64,000 bases of DNA from NCBI GenBank assembly GCA_021817785.1, contig JAKAFY010000003.1, positions 4,376-68,375 on the forward strand. Reading direction: 5' to 3'. The stretch is from a bacterium. GTDB lineage: Bacteria > Patescibacteriota > Microgenomatia > UBA10105 > UBA927. Positions 60,094-64,000 of the stretch are shown piece by piece. The position numbers and the translations under genes are program-made. The notes under the pieces were generated by a model, which searched no databases, was not told the DNA's origin, and was given only the letters and a program-made list of their open reading frames with translations. Position 1 is the stretch's first letter, and every line of letters starts with the position of its first letter.

Positions 60094-60651
60094 TTAGAAG
60101 TTCACTTTCACTGCTTTCCGATCTTCGTCGCTCGCCCCAAAAAATTGCTTTTCGCCGAATCCTAACTGGCTGGCAATCATGGAATTCGGGAAGACTTTGA
60201 TTTTGACGTTGTAGTCCATCACCGTTGAATTGTAGTACTGGCGGCTGTAGGCTACTTTGTCTTCCGTATCGGAAAGCTCTTTCTGAAGCTGCAAAAATTC
60301 ATCATTTGCCTTCAGATCCGGGTAGGCTTCTGCCACGGCAAAGAGTTTGCCGAGTGCGCCGCTTAACGCGTCGCTAGCCTGCGCTTTTCCTGCCATCGTG
60401 GATGCACCCATGAGGGCACTCCGGGCCTTCGTAACATCGGAAAACACGCTTTTTTCATGCTTGGCATAGCCTTTCACCGTTTCCACCAGGTTCGGGATCA
60501 GGTCAGCCCGGCGTTTAAGCTGGACATCGATCTGGCTCCATGCTTCATCTATCGCCATCTTCATCGAGATCAAGCCGTTATAGAGCGACCATACATAGAG
60601 GGCAAGAAGTACTACTATTCCTCCGACGATCCAAAATGTATTCATATACAT
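60094..60651 (-). CDS. lemA: LemA-family protein
   Basis: N-terminal TM plus LemA core (DEAWSQIDVQLKRRADLIPNLVETVKGY); strong AGGAGGAGGA RBS. Confidence 0.85.
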   Translation of the reverse strand: MYMNTFWIVGGIVVLLALYVWSLYNGLISMKMAIDEAWSQIDVQLKRRADLIPNLVETVKGYAKHEKSVFSDVTKARSALMGASTMAGKAQASDALSGALGKLFAVAEAYPDLKANDEFLQLQKELSDTEDKVAYSRQYYNSTVMDYNVKIKVFPNSMIASQLGFGEKQFFGASDEDRKAVKVNF

Positions 60652-60663
60652 CCTCCTCCTACG

Positions 60664-60737
60664 TTGAAAGTTTATAAAGTTTCAAGTTTTTAACCTTATG
60701 AACTTTATGAACTTTATGAACTTTCGAACTTATTATG
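60664..60737. repeat. 9-bp tandem repeat array E (forward then inverted units)
   Basis: ttgaaagtttataaagtttcaagtttttaaccttatgaactttatgaactttatgaactttcgaacttattatg; encodes the polX C-terminus KFESS*. Confidence 0.85.
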
Positions 60738-62519
60738 TAACCAACCGTTAAATTTATTATACTCCAGCGTGTTTACGATGTCATGTTTCGTGCTCCACCC
60801 GCGTCGTGCCACCGATACGCCGTAGCGCATGAGCGTCATGTGCTCCGCAGCATGCGCGTCCGTGTCTATACAAAAGCGGATGCCCATGTTGCGGGCGTCA
60901 TACACCAATGTGTCGGGCAGATCCAGTCGTTCGGGGTATGCGTTTATTTCCAGCGCGATATCGTGTTGTTTTACCACCTCAAAGACGGCGGGCCAGTCCG
61001 CATCTATGCCTTCCCTGCTTCCCAGTAGTCTTCCGGTAGGATGCCCGAAGATCCGGACCTTTGGGTGGGCAGTCAACGCCCGGATCAATCGTGCAGTCAC
61101 GACCTCTCGTGGTTGCGTAAACGCGGAATGGACGGAAACGATGACGGCATCCACATATTCCAGTGCCTCATCCGGCAGAGCGAGTCTTCCGTCAGGCAGT
61201 ATATCCACTTCGCACATGAGGAAATAATGTGTTCGTCCTTTCACGCGGTCTTTCCACGAGGAATATTGGTGTTCATATGCAAGCCTCCGGCGCTTCATTA
61301 TGTCAACAATCTGTTGCTTCGTGTGGTTCGTTATTCCGGGATTATGATCGGAAAATCCGATGTACTCGTACCCCAGGCGTTCTGCCGTCGTCAGCAATTC
61401 CCCTATGGAATCCTTTCCCAAATCATGGGATGGCTCCAGATCATAATTGGAATGCGTATGCAGATCGCCGCGGATATCGCCAAGCTCGACAAGATCCGGC
61501 AATCCGCTGGGTCTCCCCTGTGCCCGACACAGAGAAGCGGATATCTCTCCGCGGTCTTCCCGCAGTTCAGGAGGTATATAGGTCAGCCCGATTGCTTTAT
61601 AAAACGACTCTTCGGTTTCATATTCGGTGAGTTTTCCGGTACGTACGGATTTTATGCCGTGTTCGGAAAGGGACAGTCCCCGGGATAACGCCAGCTCGCG
61701 AAGCTGTATATTGTGGTTTTTGGACCCGGTAAAGTACTGAAGCATGGCGCCGTACGCTTTCGGCGACTGTACCCGCAAATCTGCCTGTCTGCCGTTTGTC
61801 AAAAGCAGCGTCGCCCCGCGCGTACCCTGATCCACGATGCGCTGATGCGGAAACGAAACAAATTGTTCGATGATCGTTTGTGGCTCAGTCGTGGCTACTG
61901 CTATATCGATATCCCCGATCGTCGATACCTGCCTGCGCAGACTCCCCAACACGTCATATCGGGTGGCTTTTCCTTTCTTTTTTAGGTGAGCGATAAGTTC
62001 CTGCGCGATTTGGTCAGCATACGGCAATGGCATCCGGTTTTCTTTGATCTGCCCGCGCTTATAGATGGCTATAGACTCCAGGATGACACCCTGCGACTTC
62101 TCGCCGAATCCCTCAAGCGGCGCTATTTTCCCGGATTTTGCCGCTTTTTCGAGGTCGGAAACGACGGTTTTTGCGTTATCGAGCTTCAGCGTGGTTACCA
62201 ATGTGTATGCTTTCTTGGGGCCGATACCGGGAACCAGCAGCAATGGAAATATTGCCTGTGGTACTTTTGCGAACACACTCTCCCAATGTTTGGACTTGCC
62301 GGTTTTAAACAATTCATCCAGATTACTGGCGATTCCTCCTCCCACACCGGGGATATCTTCCAGTTTTCCATCATCCCACATGTCTTTGACGTCACTCGTC
62401 AGATGTTCGATGCTGTCGGCAGCCCGTTCATAGGCAATGATACGGAATCTGTTTTCGTTCAGGACTAAGTATGCCGCGGCTACTTTACGAAGCAATTGTG
62501 CGATCTCTAGATTGGTCAT
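60714..62519 (-). CDS. polX: family X DNA polymerase with C-terminal PHP domain
   Basis: N-terminal HhH/8-kDa and pol-beta-like palm (GSLRRQVSTIGDIDIAV), C-terminal PHP (HTHSNYD...). Confidence 0.9.
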   Translation of the reverse strand: MTNLEIAQLLRKVAAAYLVLNENRFRIIAYERAADSIEHLTSDVKDMWDDGKLEDIPGVGGGIASNLDELFKTGKSKHWESVFAKVPQAIFPLLLVPGIGPKKAYTLVTTLKLDNAKTVVSDLEKAAKSGKIAPLEGFGEKSQGVILESIAIYKRGQIKENRMPLPYADQIAQELIAHLKKKGKATRYDVLGSLRRQVSTIGDIDIAVATTEPQTIIEQFVSFPHQRIVDQGTRGATLLLTNGRQADLRVQSPKAYGAMLQYFTGSKNHNIQLRELALSRGLSLSEHGIKSVRTGKLTEYETEESFYKAIGLTYIPPELREDRGEISASLCRAQGRPSGLPDLVELGDIRGDLHTHSNYDLEPSHDLGKDSIGELLTTAERLGYEYIGFSDHNPGITNHTKQQIVDIMKRRRLAYEHQYSSWKDRVKGRTHYFLMCEVDILPDGRLALPDEALEYVDAVIVSVHSAFTQPREVVTARLIRALTAHPKVRIFGHPTGRLLGSREGIDADWPAVFEVVKQHDIALEINAYPERLDLPDTLVYDARNMGIRFCIDTDAHAAEHMTLMRYGVSVARRGWSTKHDIVNTLEYNKFNGWLHNKFESS

Positions 62520-62548
62520 AGTTCTTATAGTATAATGCAAAAGTTAAT

Positions 62549-62561
62549 GGGATCGTAGCTC
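62549..62561 (+). repeat. 13-nt copy of the tRNA-Asp 5' end (GGGATCGTAGCTC)
   Basis: Identical to tRNA-Asp positions 1-13; followed at once by a 34-nt nested stem-loop CCCGTCGTCGAGACCTTCGGTCACGACTGACGGG. Confidence 0.6.
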
Positions 62562-62639
62562 CCGTCGTCGAGACCTTCGGTCACGACTGACGGGCCCGGC
62601 AGCACTACGAAGTTGTGCGTCGGGCAGCCGAGTATAAAT

Positions 62640-62879
62640 ATGTATTTTTATACATATGTACTAAAAAGTAAAAAGGATAATAAACTTTACATCGGTTCAT
62701 CGGGCGATATCAAAACAAGATTAAAAGCACACAATGCAGGAGAGGTAGAATCAACAAAATCGAGAAGACCTTTGGAACTGATATACTTTGAAGCGTGCAC
62801 AAGCAAGAAAAAAGCAGAAGATCGAGAATTATATTTTAAAACAGGATTTGGAAGAAAATTTTTAAAAAATAGATTGTAG
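62640..62879 (+). CDS. GIY-YIG nuclease-domain protein (79 aa), low GC
   Basis: YFYTYVLKSKKDNKLYIGSSGDIKTRLKAHNAG is a canonical GIY-YIG motif; about 35% GC; stop 5 bp before tRNA-Asp. Confidence 0.75.
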   Translation: MYFYTYVLKSKKDNKLYIGSSGDIKTRLKAHNAGEVESTKSRRPLELIYFEACTSKKKAEDRELYFKTGFGRKFLKNRL

Positions 62880-62884
62880 CAATT

Positions 62885-62959
62885 GGGATCGTAGCTCAGC
62901 CTGGTTAGAGCGTCTCCCTGTCAAGGAGAAGGTCGCCGGTCCGAACCCGGTCGGTCCCG
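62885..62959 (+). tRNA. tRNA-Asp (GUC)
   Basis: Acceptor GGGATCG/CGGTCCC, D arm GCTC-AGCCTGGTTA-GAGC, anticodon loop CTGTCAA, T arm GCCGG-TCCGAAC-CCGGT, discriminator G. Confidence 0.85.
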
Positions 62960-63110
62960 CATTGACATTTCTTAACGATCCCGAGTATATCGAGGGAGAG
63001 TTTAGAAATGACAATGCCCACCAACTATCGCTCTGTGAGCCGTTAGGCGAACAGCAAAGATATGGCGGGCTTACCCACTATCACTGCCTGGAACGGAGGA
63101 AATTTTTTAC

Positions 63111-63656
63111 ATGGTAGAACAACTTAAAAAACTTACCAATCCGGACTCACTCGTATCGTTATTTTTAGGTTTGGCAGTCGTGGTCGTCATCGGCGTCATG
63201 ATCGTCAACTACGTCAAAGGCAAACAAGCTCCGGCAACGAAAGACCAGACGACAGAGACGCAGCAAAATGCCACAACCTCCGGAACGTTACCTGCTACCT
63301 ATACCGTCGAATCCGGAGAAACACTCTGGAGTATCGCGGAAAAAACCATCGGAAGCGGGTATAACTATGTTGACATCGCAGAAGCCAACAAACTCATGAA
63401 TCCGAATCAGATCTCCGCTGGGGAAACCTTAACCATTCCGAATGTACCCAAACGGGAACCGGGACAGGTTTCATCGGCATCCGTGGAAACCCATAGACCG
63501 GCAGACGGCAAATATACCGTCCAAAAAGGAGATTCGCTTTGGAGTATTTCCGTCGCCGTATATGGCACCGGATATCGATGGAGCGAAATTGCGACACTCA
63601 ACAAACTGGAAGACCCGGGGCTTATCTTTAGCGGCAATGTTCTGATGCTGCCCTGA
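63111..63656 (+). CDS. LysM-repeat protein with N-terminal membrane anchor
   Basis: TM helix, then two LysM motifs (YTVESGETLWSIA...ISAGETLTIP; YTVQKGDSLWSIS...IFSGNVLMLP). Confidence 0.85.
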   Translation: MVEQLKKLTNPDSLVSLFLGLAVVVVIGVMIVNYVKGKQAPATKDQTTETQQNATTSGTLPATYTVESGETLWSIAEKTIGSGYNYVDIAEANKLMNPNQISAGETLTIPNVPKREPGQVSSASVETHRPADGKYTVQKGDSLWSISVAVYGTGYRWSEIATLNKLEDPGLIFSGNVLMLP

Positions 63657-63686
63657 GACAGTTTGCGAACCGTTTGTATTTGATAT

Positions 63687-63714
63687 AATCCTGATAGACT
63701 GTCAGGATTGTTTT
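63687..63714 (+). terminator. rho-independent terminator (or leader hairpin) after the LysM gene
   Basis: AATCCTGA-TAGACTG-TCAGGATT then GTTTT. Confidence 0.5.
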
Positions 63715-63717
63715 AGT

Positions 63718-63788
63718 GCGGGTATAGTACACTGGTAGTATGCGACCTTCCCAAGGTTGAGAAGAGGGTTCGATTCCCTTTACCCGCT
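63718..63788 (+). tRNA. tRNA-Gly (CCC)
   Basis: Acceptor GCGGGTA/TACCCGC, D arm GTAC-ACTGGTA-GTAT, anticodon loop TTCCCAA, 4-nt variable loop, T arm GAGGG-TTCGATT-CCCTT, discriminator T. Confidence 0.85.
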
Positions 63789-63795
63789 CAAAAAG

Positions 63796-63825
63796 AAAAT
63801 GGGTTTCTGCCCATTTTCCTTTTTG
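63796..63825 (+). terminator. rho-independent terminator after tRNA-Gly
   Basis: AAAATGGG-TTTCTG-CCCATTTT then CCTTTTT. Confidence 0.7.
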
Positions 63826-63893
63826 ACAGGGAAGGGATGAATACCTGATTGGTTCGACCGTGTCCCTCGTAGCCAGAATGGCGAAGTGGGATA

Positions 63894-63907
63894 CCCTTTA
63901 CCCGCTC
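63894..63907 (+). repeat. direct copy of the tRNA-Gly 3' end (CCCTTTACCCGCTC)
   Basis: 14/14 identity to the tRNA T-stem 3' strand, acceptor 3' strand and discriminator, 106 bp downstream, preceded by the small hairpin GCCAGAATGGC. Confidence 0.6.
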
Positions 63908-63962
63908 CAAAACAGACAGAAATGTGCATAAATTGACAGAAACGTTACACTAAATATCTAGT

Positions 63963-64000
63963 ATGGACATCAACAAGTTCTTTAGTCCTTCTAAGAAACA
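63963..64000 (+). CDS. start of an unidentified gene (MDINKFFSPSKK...), truncated by the window end
   Basis: ATG at 63963 preceded by TTGACA-N16-TATCTA; only 12 codons visible. Confidence 0.2.
   Translation, partial: MDINKFFSPSKK

Noticed and set aside
63840-63910. Second tRNA or pseudo-tRNA downstream of tRNA-Gly
   Set aside because: Contains GGTTCGACC and the tRNA-Gly 3' copy but lacks D and anticodon arms on either strand. Recorded only as a 3'-end copy.

Overview
This is a 64 kb chromosomal window, about 55% GC, apparently from a small-genome bacterium with a Gram-positive-type envelope (LCP protein, MurT/GatD, LysM). A CPR/Patescibacteria-like lineage is plausible but not proven. The second half (34-62.5 kb) is a dense minus-strand housekeeping block: otsB-otsA, rplS, pyrG, a complete F1Fo ATP synthase operon (atpZ-B-E-F-H-A-G-D-C), dnaE, gatCAB, two HAD hydrolases, gatD/murT, NUDIX, htpX-lemA and polX. 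The first half holds metK (with a candidate SAM riboswitch), rarA, dinB, a GT2 glycosyltransferase, an ArsR/glutaredoxin-like/CxxC-membrane module, a VKOR-like protein, an LCP protein, cyclophilin, nth and several hydrolases. Four tRNAs are present: Glu-UUC, Lys-UUU, Asp-GUC and Gly-CCC. The accessory content is the most interesting part. (1) A family of 9-bp tandem repeats (AAAGTTCAT / AACTTTATG) fills at least five intergenic gaps, and two arrays flank an inserted four-helix-bundle gene between murT and gatD. (2) An IS200-like REP-associated tyrosine transposase (RAYT) sits among five copies of the near-palindromic REP CAACCCCWGGGGTTG. (3) A 4.3-kb AT-rich island of unknown-function genes lies next to tRNA-Glu, with one gene bracketed by 38-bp direct repeats. 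(4) An SNase-like nuclease cassette bracketed by GGACAGTCC direct-repeat sites lies next to tRNA-Lys. (5) A GIY-YIG nuclease gene sits between a 13-nt copy of the tRNA-Asp 5' end and the intact tRNA-Asp. (6) Short copies of the tRNA 3' end lie 80-120 bp downstream of three tRNAs. (7) A dispersed double-hairpin element and large inverted repeats occur inside the atp operon. All calls come from reading the sequence and the ORF translations; no database searches were run.
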